Positions 30,612 to 39,585 of a stretch of 64,000 nt of DNA are shown here, piece after piece. Every line of letters begins with the position of its first letter. Position 1 is the stretch's first letter. This stretch comes from Acidobacteriota bacterium (GTDB lineage: Bacteria > Acidobacteriota > UBA890 > WLXD01), in the NCBI GenBank assembly GCA_965248695.1, contig CBDFKD010000002.1, positions 736,001 through 800,000 on the forward strand, written 5' to 3'. The notes below the pieces were generated by a model. It saw nothing but the letters and a program-made list of their open reading frames with translations. It did not search any database and was not told the origin of the DNA. A program made the position numbers and the translations under genes.

Positions 30612-33250
30612 CCGAACGCGAGGTCGAGGCGTCCCTTGCGCGCGAAAACGATCGCGCTCGCGCTGACGTGAATGTAGTTGCTGTCGAACACCTGCACCCG
30701 CTGGCCTCGCTCCTTTCCGTCACGCCCGAACATCTGAAACCCGACGTTGCGGTCGCCGAGGTGGCGGGTGATGACGACGATCTCACCGCCGTTGTCGGCG
30801 TCGCCATCGAAATCCCCGACCTTCCATCCGAGCACTTCGTACTCATCGCTGGCCACCGTGCCGCCGCCGACCCGCTTCGCCTTCTTGGTGCTCGGATCCC
30901 ACACCTCGAAGGCGGCGTCGCCGTTGGGTCGGGTGAAGCCGACGAACACGAGGTCGCGAACCGTGCCCCTGGGCGCTGGTTTCGACTGGATCGGCCCCCA
31001 TGCGTGGAGCGGCTTGGCGGAGATGCTCTTGCTCGTGGACAGCACTGTGCCGTCGCCCGCGAGCACCTTGAAAAACCCGTTGTTCTTCTTCCGGTACCCG
31101 ACCAGCAGCTCGGCACCCGACCTGTCCGGGTCGAAGTCGCCGAGCGTCCACAGCGCCTCCTCGAAGCCAGTTTTCAAGACGGTCTTGTTCACCAGCGTCT
31201 CGCCGGTGCGTGGATCGACAACGCGCATCGTCGCACCCTTGCCGTTGGGCGCGGTGTAGGTTGCGACGATCTCGTCGAGGCCGTCGTCATCGATATCGAG
31301 CGGTAGCCACTGGTGAAGGGCGGACTTGGCCCCGATGATGGAAAGCTCCTTGCCCAGACGCTTCAGCTTCTTGCCGTTCAATCCCCAGACCGCGAAGCGA
31401 CCAGTGCCGTTCTTGGCCTGGTAGGCGATGGCGATCTCCTCGCCGCGCTTGCCGTCGTACTCGACGTGCAGCAGCCGCGCCCACTCGGATCCGGCTGGAG
31501 ATGCGGGCTTCCGATCTTGGAGCGCGCCCTTGTTGTTGCGCAGCTGAAGCTCTGTTGAGCCCGACTGCGTCCAACCGAGGAACACCGGTTCGGCCCTCTC
31601 GTTACCATCGGTATCCATCGCCAGAAGTCGCATCGTGGGGAATTGCTTGCCGGGGAAGAAGTTCATTAACCGTTTGCCCTTGGTGTTGTATGCCTGAACC
31701 CAGGCACCTCGGGCAGCGCCGTCGTACTCCGGCGCGAGTACGACGATCTCCTCCAGCCCGTCGCCATTGAAGTCGCCGAATCCCCGCGGCAAGCTCGTCG
31801 CGGCCATAGACGGCCTTACGTTTGCCTGCGCCCGCGCGATACCGCCAACGGCGACGGGAGCCCCTGCGGGCTCGGCGCGGAATCCTCGCTGCCTCGATAG
31901 CCCCCAACAAAGGGGCAACACTTCGTCTGTGACGCCGAAATACGTCATGCCCGATGGCTGACGCTCTTCGGGTTTCAGAGCAAACGAATAGACATTGATG
32001 CCGCCAGCAGGAACGTGGTGTTGGAAGGGCTGTACGAGTTCGAAATATTCTCCTATCCGCTCGTCGAACCGATCATGGCCGTTTAACTGCAGTTTGGTCG
32101 AGCCGATAGTGATCTGACCAGTTACGACGGTGTCCGACGCGTTTGGCTTGACGCGGAACCGCAGCGTCCCCGAGTTGAGCTCACTACCGATGACCACGTC
32201 CACGTTGACGCTCGAATCTCTCAACTCGATCCAAGGGGCGGACGCGACAACCGTCAAGTCGGGCGTGCCCGTCATCGCGAGGCCGATCTCACCCACACCA
32301 CCGCTGCAAGGGAAGCCGGCGCTCTTGCTCTCAGGGGAAACGATTGTGACGGTGCCGCCACCGCCACCGCCGCCACCGCCATCGTCGTCGTCGGTGATGG
32401 TGCCGACTCCCTGCCCATCGCCGATCGTGGGCAGCCCGATGGAGCCAGAACCACCGCTCGGAAAAACGTTGGAGAGGTTCACGGTGAAGGTCTCGTCGGA
32501 CTCGGCGGTCGCATCCCCGTTCACAGAAACGTTGAACGTCTTCGTCTCACCGCCCGTGCCGTTGAAGCTCAGCGTGCTCGTCTTCGCGGTGTAGTCGCTG
32601 CCCGCCGTGGCGCTGCCGTCGGCGGTCGCGGCCTGGACGGTGAAAGCGTCCGAGGCGGCCGACAGCGTCACCGTGAAGCTGAAGTTCTTGCTGCCGCTGT
32701 CGCCCTCAACCGCCGTGACGTCGTTGATCGACACCGTGGCGTTGCCACCCCCACCGCCACCGGCGTCGTCGTCAGGGGTAATGGTGACCGTCGCCGTATC
32801 GTCGCCGATCGTCACATCGGCAGCGCCGGCTCCCCCCACGCCGGTGATCTTCACGGTGAAGGTCTCGTTGCCCTCCACCTCCGTGTCGTCATGGATCTCG
32901 ATGTTGAAGATTTTGGTTTGCGGCAGTCCCGTACCGGTCAGCGTCGTCGTTCGCCCAGTGTAGTCAGCGCCGTCCGTGGCAGTGTCGCCTGGCCCCGTGA
33001 AAGCGGTGATGGTGAATTCGAACGGGGGGGCGTCGCCGGTGAACGTCACAGGTACGAAGACCTGAGTGTTGCCCTCCTCGATCGAGATGTCGCCGACCGA
33101 CAGAGTGCCAGCGGCCTTGCCGCTCGCGGGCGCACCTGCGGCGGCGATCTGCGGCGCCGAGATCAGCAGGATCACCAGCGCCAGCGCCACGGCGGGACGG
33201 GAGACATCGACGCGCGCACGCTTCTGTAGAGCCAGGGCTAGCCGGGACAT
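30512..33250 (-). CDS. Large secreted protein: two Calx-beta domains, a BACON-like segment and an FG-GAP-like propeller
   Basis: Signal peptide; ATDGADY...DDTEVEGNETFTV and ATAGSDY...DATAESDETFTVNLS; poly-Gly linkers; GDFNGDGLEEI, DIDDDGLDEI and GDFDGD repeats. Confidence 0.85.
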   Translation of the reverse strand: MSRLALALQKRARVDVSRPAVALALVILLISAPQIAAAGAPASGKAAGTLSVGDISIEEGNTQVFVPVTFTGDAPPFEFTITAFTGPGDTATDGADYTGRTTTLTGTGLPQTKIFNIEIHDDTEVEGNETFTVKITGVGGAGAADVTIGDDTATVTITPDDDAGGGGGGNATVSINDVTAVEGDSGSKNFSFTVTLSAASDAFTVQAATADGSATAGSDYTAKTSTLSFNGTGGETKTFNVSVNGDATAESDETFTVNLSNVFPSGGSGSIGLPTIGDGQGVGTITDDDDGGGGGGGGGTVTIVSPESKSAGFPCSGGVGEIGLAMTGTPDLTVVASAPWIELRDSSVNVDVVIGSELNSGTLRFRVKPNASDTVVTGQITIGSTKLQLNGHDRFDERIGEYFELVQPFQHHVPAGGINVYSFALKPEERQPSGMTYFGVTDEVLPLCWGLSRQRGFRAEPAGAPVAVGGIARAQANVRPSMAATSLPRGFGDFNGDGLEEIVVLAPEYDGAARGAWVQAYNTKGKRLMNFFPGKQFPTMRLLAMDTDGNERAEPVFLGWTQSGSTELQLRNNKGALQDRKPASPAGSEWARLLHVEYDGKRGEEIAIAYQAKNGTGRFAVWGLNGKKLKRLGKELSIIGAKSALHQWLPLDIDDDGLDEIVATYTAPNGKGATMRVVDPRTGETLVNKTVLKTGFEEALWTLGDFDPDRSGAELLVGYRKKNNGFFKVLAGDGTVLSTSKSISAKPLHAWGPIQSKPAPRGTVRDLVFVGFTRPNGDAAFEVWDPSTKKAKRVGGGTVASDEYEVLGWKVGDFDGDADNGGEIVVITRHLGDRNVGFQMFGRDGKERGQRVQVFDSNYIHVSASAIVFARKGRLDLAFGARTVGGQPEVRVWNVNGAVLLKKIAVLSKDVE

Positions 33251-33453
33251 TCGTCACCTTCTCGCTTCGTGCCAGGGCGAGCCCAAATCCACCGTGCGGA
33301 CGGCCGAGGTCGCCGGGTGGCTGCTCTAGGGACAGTTGACCAAGAGACCGCGGATGCGGCGGCTAGCCGCAAAGGAGACGGTCCTCAGTACACCGTCAAA
33401 CGGCGCAGATTATAGCTAATTGAGGGGTCCCACGTCGCCGTGAATCATGTTCG

Positions 33454-34869
33454 TCACGATCGGTGCACGACGACCATCTTGAGCTCGGTCATCTCCTCGA
33501 CCGCATACTTCGGACCCTCCTTGCCCAGACCGCTGTCCTTGAGCCCGCCGTACGGCATGTGGTCGGCGCGGAACTGGGTGCCGCCGTTGATGATGAGGTT
33601 GCCGGAGTCGACCTCGAGCGCGAACTTCAACGCGTTGTCGAGATTCTCCGTAAAGATGGCGGCCGACAGCCCGAACCGAGTGTCGTTGGCCAGCTGGATC
33701 GCCTCGTCGATGTCGGCAGCGGGTGTCACCCCCACCGCGGGGCCGAACAGCTCCTCGCGTGAGAAGCGCATATCCGGGGTGACGTCGGCCAGGATCGCCG
33801 GCTGCACTACCGCGCCGTCTCTGCCACCGCCAGCGAGCATGCGGGCTCCGGCACCGACCGCCTCCTCGATCCATTGGTTCACCCGTACCGCGTCAGACTC
33901 GCGCACCATCGGGCCGACATTGACCGAGTCTCCCATCGGATCGCCGGTGGCCAGCGCCTCGATTCGGGGCACCAGGGCGTCGAGATAGTCGCCGTAGATC
34001 GTTTGGTCGACGATGACGCGCTGGGTCGAGATGCAGACTTGGCCGGCGTTGGAGTAGCCGCTGGTGGCTGTGGCCGCCGCTACCTTGTCGAGGTCGGCGT
34101 CGGGCAGCACGATGAGCGGCGAGTTGGAGCCCAGCTCCATCGTTACCTTCTTCAGGCCCGCGGTACACATGATGTGCTCGCCGACCTCCTGGCTGCCGGT
34201 GAAGGTCACCTTGCGCACCGCCGGGTGCGACACCAGCGCATCGCCGATGGTGCCACCGGAACCGGTGACGCACTGGATCGCCTCGGGCGGCAGCCCCGCA
34301 TCGAGCAACGCCTCGGTCAGCTTGAGCGCCGACAGCGGCGTGTCGCTCGCCGGTTTGATCACTACCGCGTTGCCGGCAGCCAGCGCCGGGCCCACCTTGT
34401 GGGCCACCAGGTTGAGCGGGAAGTTGAACGGCGAGATCGCTACCACCACGCCGACGGGAACGCGGACCGTGAACCCGAACTTCATGTCGTTTCCGGGGGC
34501 CGCATCCAGAGCGATGGTCTCGCCGGTCAGGCGCTTGGCTTCCTCGGCCGACAGGGTCATGGTCTGGAAGCAGCGATCGGCCTCGAGCAATCCCTCGGCG
34601 AGGATCTTGCCCTCCTCGCGGGTGATGGTCTCGCCGAAGTCTTGGCGGCGCTCCTGGATGAGCTTGGCCGCCCGCGTGAGGATTTCGTAGCGTTCGTAGG
34701 CGCTGAGTGCGCGCATGGCGCGGGCGCCGCGCTCGGCGCTCTCCAGCGCCCGATTGACGTCATCGAGCGTGGCCGCCGGGACGGTGTCGAACGCCTCGCC
34801 GCTGTAGGGGTTGACGACATCCATGGCGTCGCCGCCGGAGGTCCATTCGCCGTTCAGGTACATCTGCAT
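33454..34869 (-). CDS. NAD(P)-dependent aldehyde dehydrogenase
   Basis: ISPFNFP, FTGS, MELGSN, NAGQVCIS, EELFGP, PYGGLKDSGLGKEG. Confidence 0.93.
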   Translation of the reverse strand: MQMYLNGEWTSGGDAMDVVNPYSGEAFDTVPAATLDDVNRALESAERGARAMRALSAYERYEILTRAAKLIQERRQDFGETITREEGKILAEGLLEADRCFQTMTLSAEEAKRLTGETIALDAAPGNDMKFGFTVRVPVGVVVAISPFNFPLNLVAHKVGPALAAGNAVVIKPASDTPLSALKLTEALLDAGLPPEAIQCVTGSGGTIGDALVSHPAVRKVTFTGSQEVGEHIMCTAGLKKVTMELGSNSPLIVLPDADLDKVAAATATSGYSNAGQVCISTQRVIVDQTIYGDYLDALVPRIEALATGDPMGDSVNVGPMVRESDAVRVNQWIEEAVGAGARMLAGGGRDGAVVQPAILADVTPDMRFSREELFGPAVGVTPAADIDEAIQLANDTRFGLSAAIFTENLDNALKFALEVDSGNLIINGGTQFRADHMPYGGLKDSGLGKEGPKYAVEEMTELKMVVVHRS

Positions 34870-34882
34870 GGTTGGTCTCTCT

Positions 34883-35351
34883 CTAGTCAGATTGCTCGTT
34901 GGCGTCGGTCTCGAGATGCCGTCGGAAGCATACGATGCGCTCGACCTCCTCGAACCCGACCGCCCGGTGTAGCGACTCGCTGGTGAGGTTGTCGATCTCG
35001 CAGTCTGAAGCAAGCTCGGTGGACCCGCGGCCTCGGGCCCACTCTTCCGCGCCTCGAATCAGCTCCCTGGCCACGCCCTGGCGGCGAGCATCGGGGTCGA
35101 CCCAGATGCCCTCCAGATAGGCAACCGGGGAAGTGGCACAGCCTTCGGCATACTTGCGGGAGCCGAGCTCGGCGAACCCGCCGAGGCGACGATTCCCGAG
35201 GTCGGCGACCAGAACAGTGGTCGTCGGCCGGCCCGGCGGCATCGGTGGCGTCGAGCAGTCGGTCCACTTCGGTCGCCGTCGAGTCAGGCCAAAACGCCTG
35301 GCGCATGCGTAGCACCTCGGCGCGGTCGGATGGCAGCGCGGGGCGGATCAG
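34883..35351 (-). CDS. AAC(6')-like GNAT acetyltransferase, +1 frameshift near 35233; start uncertain
   Basis: LRMRQAFWP in one frame; GFAELGSRKYAEGC...YLEGIWV...ELASD..IDN..S..LH.AVGFEEVER in the +1 frame. Confidence 0.75.
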
Positions 35352-36829
35352 TTTCGTCGGACCGGGCGGCCCGGTCGCGCGTCCGGAACGAGCTCCCCAC
35401 CGTCCACGACCAGCACGCCGTTGACCAGCGTGTAGCGGACTCCCTCAGATGGGATCGCTGCCTGTGTATACGTCGAGCGGTCGATCACCGTGGCCGGATC
35501 GAACACCGTGATGTCGGCATCGGCCCCGGATCGCAGCCTCCCTTTGTCGTCCATCGCCGGCACGTAGGTCTCGAGGCGGCGGGCGGGCTCGATGGTCATC
35601 TTGCGAAGCGCCTCCATGAGCGTCAGCGTGCCCTCCTCGCGGACGTGCTTGCCGAGCACGCGTGAGTACGTTCCGGAGGTGCGAGGATGGCCCATGCCCT
35701 CGACGATGTAACCGTCGCTGGCGATCATGGTCAGCGGGCTCTCGATCGCAATCCGGGTCATCTCCGGCGTGCGGCTGTGGGCGATCACCTCGCCACCTTG
35801 CTCCCTGAAACGCCCGAAGCTCTCACGCGTCAGGCGCTCGCCGGTCTCGACCCACTGGTGGATGGCGAACCGTTCGTCATCCCACGACTCCCAGTCGTCG
35901 TAGAGGGCGGTTTCAATCTCCGTCATACCGGCCTCGTAGGGATACATCTCGGTAGTTACATCCTGTCCCGCTGCTCGCGCACTCTCGATGATGGCCAGGA
36001 ACTCAGCGATGTTCGCGCCGCCGCTGGAGTTCGCGTGTACGACGTGGAGCGCAGCTTCGGTGCGGCCGGCGCCATCGATCGCCTCCTGCAGGCCCCCCAG
36101 ACCGCCCCCGACGTGAATGTGGGAGGAGGCACCGCGGTTGGCGGCGACAGTAAGCATGGCCTCATACTCGATCATGGTGGTGGCAGGCGTATACGCCAGG
36201 CCAAAGCCGACCGCGACGGCACCGTCCGCCAGCCCCTCGTAAAGGCGACGTCCCATCTCCGCGATCTGTTCGTTGGTGGCCGGCTGGTGTCCGCCCGGAC
36301 CGCTCGGCAGGAAGTTCCCGGTATCGCCCATGACCTCCATGCGCACTCGGATGTGACCGACGCTGACGCCATAGTTGAGGATCTGCCCACCCTCGCGCTC
36401 TAGGTACCACGCCGCGACATCCTCGGTGCCCACTTCCAGCTCCAGCCCGGTAGTGACGCCGTCGCGAGCCATGAGGCGGAAGGCCTCGTCTGACTAGCCG
36501 TGAACGTGCAGGTCGATGAACCCGGGGGCGACGACGAGCCCGGAAGCGTCGATGGTGCGCTCGCCGGCGAGCTCGTCCTCGCTGATGACATCGATGCGGC
36601 CGCCACGGATGCCGACGTTCCGAACCGCGTCCAGACCTGATTCCGGGTCCATCACACGGCCACCCTGAAGAACGAGGTCGTAACTTTCCGCGGGCAATTC
36701 GGCCGGGGCGCAGCCTGACTGAGCCAGGGCAAGCAGGCCCAGCATCGTCACGCCGTAGGCGAACCCGAGGCGCCCGATGGCCGCCCCGACAGTGTTCACC
36801 GCGTCGATCGCGTATCCGAGCTTCAGCAT
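35348..36829 (-). pseudogene. D-aminoacylase/dihydroorotase-like amidohydrolase with an in-frame TAG at 36494-36496
   Basis: VAPGFIDLHVHG-TAG-SDEAFRLMARDGVTT joins two ORF-track pieces in frame; ASDG, HPR, ADITVFD downstream. Confidence 0.8.
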
Positions 36830-36833
36830 CTGC

Positions 36834-38771
36834 TTACTCCAAACCGAATGCCAGCAGCACGTTCCCCGGTGAACCGCGCAAAATCGCATAGCCGGAGCCG
36901 ACGTACATCATGCCGTCGACGATCGTCGGGGCCGCGCCTCCGAAGCCGCCACCGAAGCCCCTCACGCCGTTGATCGTGTCGAAATCCCGCCGCGTGGCGA
37001 ACTCCCACACTACGCTGCCGTCCTCGGTCGAGAAGGCGCGCATCACACCGTCGCGCGCCCCGACCAAGACCGCGCCGGGAATGGCGACCGCGGGGGCCCA
37101 GTGACCCGAGTGGCACGTCTGACCCGATTCGGGATCTTCACAGTTGCTCGGCTTCGGCACCTCCGTATACCAGGCACGAGAGCCGTCCTCGGCCCGCAGC
37201 GCCGCCAGGCCGCCCCTGCCGTCTTCGAGCGGGAACGGCTTGAGATAGTACTCGCCGTCGAACGCGCCGCCGAAGCCGGCGCTTTGCGCCGCCAGCTCGT
37301 CGCCCGCTTGCGCCACCCACAAGATCTTGCCCTGGTCATCGGGATCCATGGCGGTGATACGGCCGCTCTCTTGGCCTTGAATGAGGATTCTGCTGCCGTC
37401 CTCCAGCGTGTGCAGCACCGGCGAGCCCGAGGCATCGTCGTTGCGGCCGCTGATGAGGCCTGGACAGTTGATTCGCCGCTCCTCCGGTTGCCGCCCGCAG
37501 CCGCCACCAAATCTCTCTAGAGCCACCAGCTGCGTCCACCACAGGCGTTCGCCGGTATCCATGTCGTACGCCGTGACAGCAGCGCAAGTGCCGTCGTCGA
37601 ACCCGACTCGTTGCTCGAAGAACTCGGTCATGTAGCAGTTGCCAGAAGCCGCGTAGAGAGTGCGGTGATCGATATCGAGCGTCGGTGCGTTCCATACGGA
37701 GGCACCGGCCGGTCCGTACATCTGTGTGCCAGCCGAGTTCTTGCGCAATGGCCGAGGGCGCTCGGACATCGAGTACGTCTTCCACACCGTCTGGCCCGTG
37801 TTCACATCCACCGCAACGATGCTGCCCTGGAACTGACAGCACTCATACGACAGATCCCCGCTGGGGAGCTCCTCCCACGATGCGACCCCGACGTACAGAT
37901 GACCTCCGGGCGCGGGGTCGAGCACCGGTGTGCCGGTGATCTTGGCGGCCGCGTGCTCGTCTGGCCGCGTGCCCCAGATCTCTTCGCCGGTTTCGGCGTT
38001 GACGCCGGTGACATAGCCCCGGTAGTCGCCGAACATGGCGACGTAGCGGACGCCGGGCACATCGGTCACCTCGCTCACGCTGACCGCGGTGCGCACCTGT
38101 CCTCGTGCCTCGTAGGACCAGTGCACACAGCCCGTCTTGGCGTCCAGCGCGTAAACGAATTTGTTGTCGCTGCCCACGAACAGCGCCCCGCCCACGACCG
38201 TCGGTTGCGCCCAGGATGCGGAAGCCGCACCCGGAATCGCGAACGCCCACTTCAACTCGAGCTGCGACACCTGCGCTCCGGTAAGCCCGCCCGCTTCCGC
38301 CGGTTGGAACCGGTGGGACTTGCCAGGATCGGGGGACCAGCCGTTCCATCGCGGCCGGCTGAACGGGTCGTGCAGGGTCAACGGGCTGCTGCAGGGGTTG
38401 CTCATCGCGGCGGCGGTGCGGTCGGGGGCGTCACCGAAGGGCTTGGCAGCTGCCAGCTCGGCCAGGGCGAGCAGGTTCTCCTCGCTCCACCCCTCGACAT
38501 AGACAGCCATCGATCCCGTGGTGATCGACTCGAGCACTCGCTCGGCGCTCATCGCCGCCATGGCTTCCCGACTTGGCGCCCGGTTGTCGGCGGCGGTGTT
38601 GTCGTGGCAGGTGGCGCACCGCCCCTCGAACCCCGACCTCATGCTGGCGGGTGAGTTGCCGACCACCGGTGAGTACTGTCCCGACGCAATCGAGCCGGAG
38701 GCATGCCACGCCAGGCCGCTCGCAGCGAGGAACACGACGACACTCAACGAAACGATGAATCGTCTCAACAT
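36834..38771 (-). CDS. Cytochrome c-PQQ dehydrogenase (polyvinyl-alcohol dehydrogenase-like), paralog 1
   Basis: Signal peptide, CATCH, LELKWAF, YALDAKTGCVHW, ECCQFQGS, GNVLLAF. Confidence 0.88.
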   Translation of the reverse strand: MLRRFIVSLSVVVFLAASGLAWHASGSIASGQYSPVVGNSPASMRSGFEGRCATCHDNTAADNRAPSREAMAAMSAERVLESITTGSMAVYVEGWSEENLLALAELAAAKPFGDAPDRTAAAMSNPCSSPLTLHDPFSRPRWNGWSPDPGKSHRFQPAEAGGLTGAQVSQLELKWAFAIPGAASASWAQPTVVGGALFVGSDNKFVYALDAKTGCVHWSYEARGQVRTAVSVSEVTDVPGVRYVAMFGDYRGYVTGVNAETGEEIWGTRPDEHAAAKITGTPVLDPAPGGHLYVGVASWEELPSGDLSYECCQFQGSIVAVDVNTGQTVWKTYSMSERPRPLRKNSAGTQMYGPAGASVWNAPTLDIDHRTLYAASGNCYMTEFFEQRVGFDDGTCAAVTAYDMDTGERLWWTQLVALERFGGGCGRQPEERRINCPGLISGRNDDASGSPVLHTLEDGSRILIQGQESGRITAMDPDDQGKILWVAQAGDELAAQSAGFGGAFDGEYYLKPFPLEDGRGGLAALRAEDGSRAWYTEVPKPSNCEDPESGQTCHSGHWAPAVAIPGAVLVGARDGVMRAFSTEDGSVVWEFATRRDFDTINGVRGFGGGFGGAAPTIVDGMMYVGSGYAILRGSPGNVLLAFGLE

Positions 38772-38828
38772 GGGGCCTCCTGGCAGAGCGTGGTGGAAGT
38801 GTGGTGGGTCCCCTGCTCTTACATGTCG

Positions 38829-39224
38829 TCAGCCGCCGATCGGTGTGCAGAGCTCGAGCAGGATCCCTGATGGGCAGCGAACGTACGACACGGTCTGTCC
38901 CCAGGGTTTCAAAACGGGTGCGCTCAGCTCCGTCGCTCCGTTGTCGAGCGTCGCCCCGTGGGCCACCCCGACATCGTCGGTGACGAGGGCGATCTCGAGG
39001 CCGAGAGGCCGGTCAGAATCCGAGGCGCTGACGTAGCCGTTCGGCAAATTCGTGCGCCCGATCTCGTGTGAGGCGAAGGCCAGTACGGTGGAGCCGGTGT
39101 CCAACTCGCCGTAGTCGCCGGACTCGTGGAGAAAACGACGCTCGAGACCGAAGGCACTCTCGTAGAAGTCGAGGGCGACTTCGACGTTGTCGACATAGGC
39201 GATGGCGTATCCAAAGCTGACCAT
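38829..39224 (-). CDS. VOC/glyoxalase family protein
   Basis: FYESAFGL, KPWGQTVSYVRCPSGILLEL. Confidence 0.88.
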   Translation of the reverse strand: MVSFGYAIAYVDNVEVALDFYESAFGLERRFLHESGDYGELDTGSTVLAFASHEIGRTNLPNGYVSASDSDRPLGLEIALVTDDVGVAHGATLDNGATELSAPVLKPWGQTVSYVRCPSGILLELCTPIGG

Positions 39225-39225
39225 G

Positions 39226-39579
39226 TCACTCCTCTAGGGTTTCGGTGGCCCCACGGCGCAACGATCGGATGGCGGGGCCAAGGATCACGCCGGTCACGAT
39301 TCCCGTCGGGACCACGAAAGGTGCATCCCAACTCATCCAGCCGCCTTTGGCAAAGAAGACGCTGGCCGACGCCAGCAGGCCCATCGCGGCGCCCCATCCA
39401 ACGCATTCGCCGAGGGAGGAGTCACGCTTGACCACGATGCTGATCAGCAGAGCGAGGGTGACACCGAAGAGCGTTCCGGCGACGGTTATCGGGCCTGGAT
39501 AGGGCTCCTCGGGCGCGAAGTACACCCCGACGGCACCAAGAAACCCGAGAAACGCTCCAGTCGCGACGATCTTCAGCAT
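39226..39579 (-). CDS. Small multi-pass membrane protein, function unknown
   Basis: About four hydrophobic segments; tight spacing with both neighbours. Confidence 0.65.
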   Translation of the reverse strand: MLKIVATGAFLGFLGAVGVYFAPEEPYPGPITVAGTLFGVTLALLISIVVKRDSSLGECVGWGAAMGLLASASVFFAKGGWMSWDAPFVVPTGIVTGVILGPAIRSLRRGATETLEE

Positions 39580-39585
39580 CCGCCT

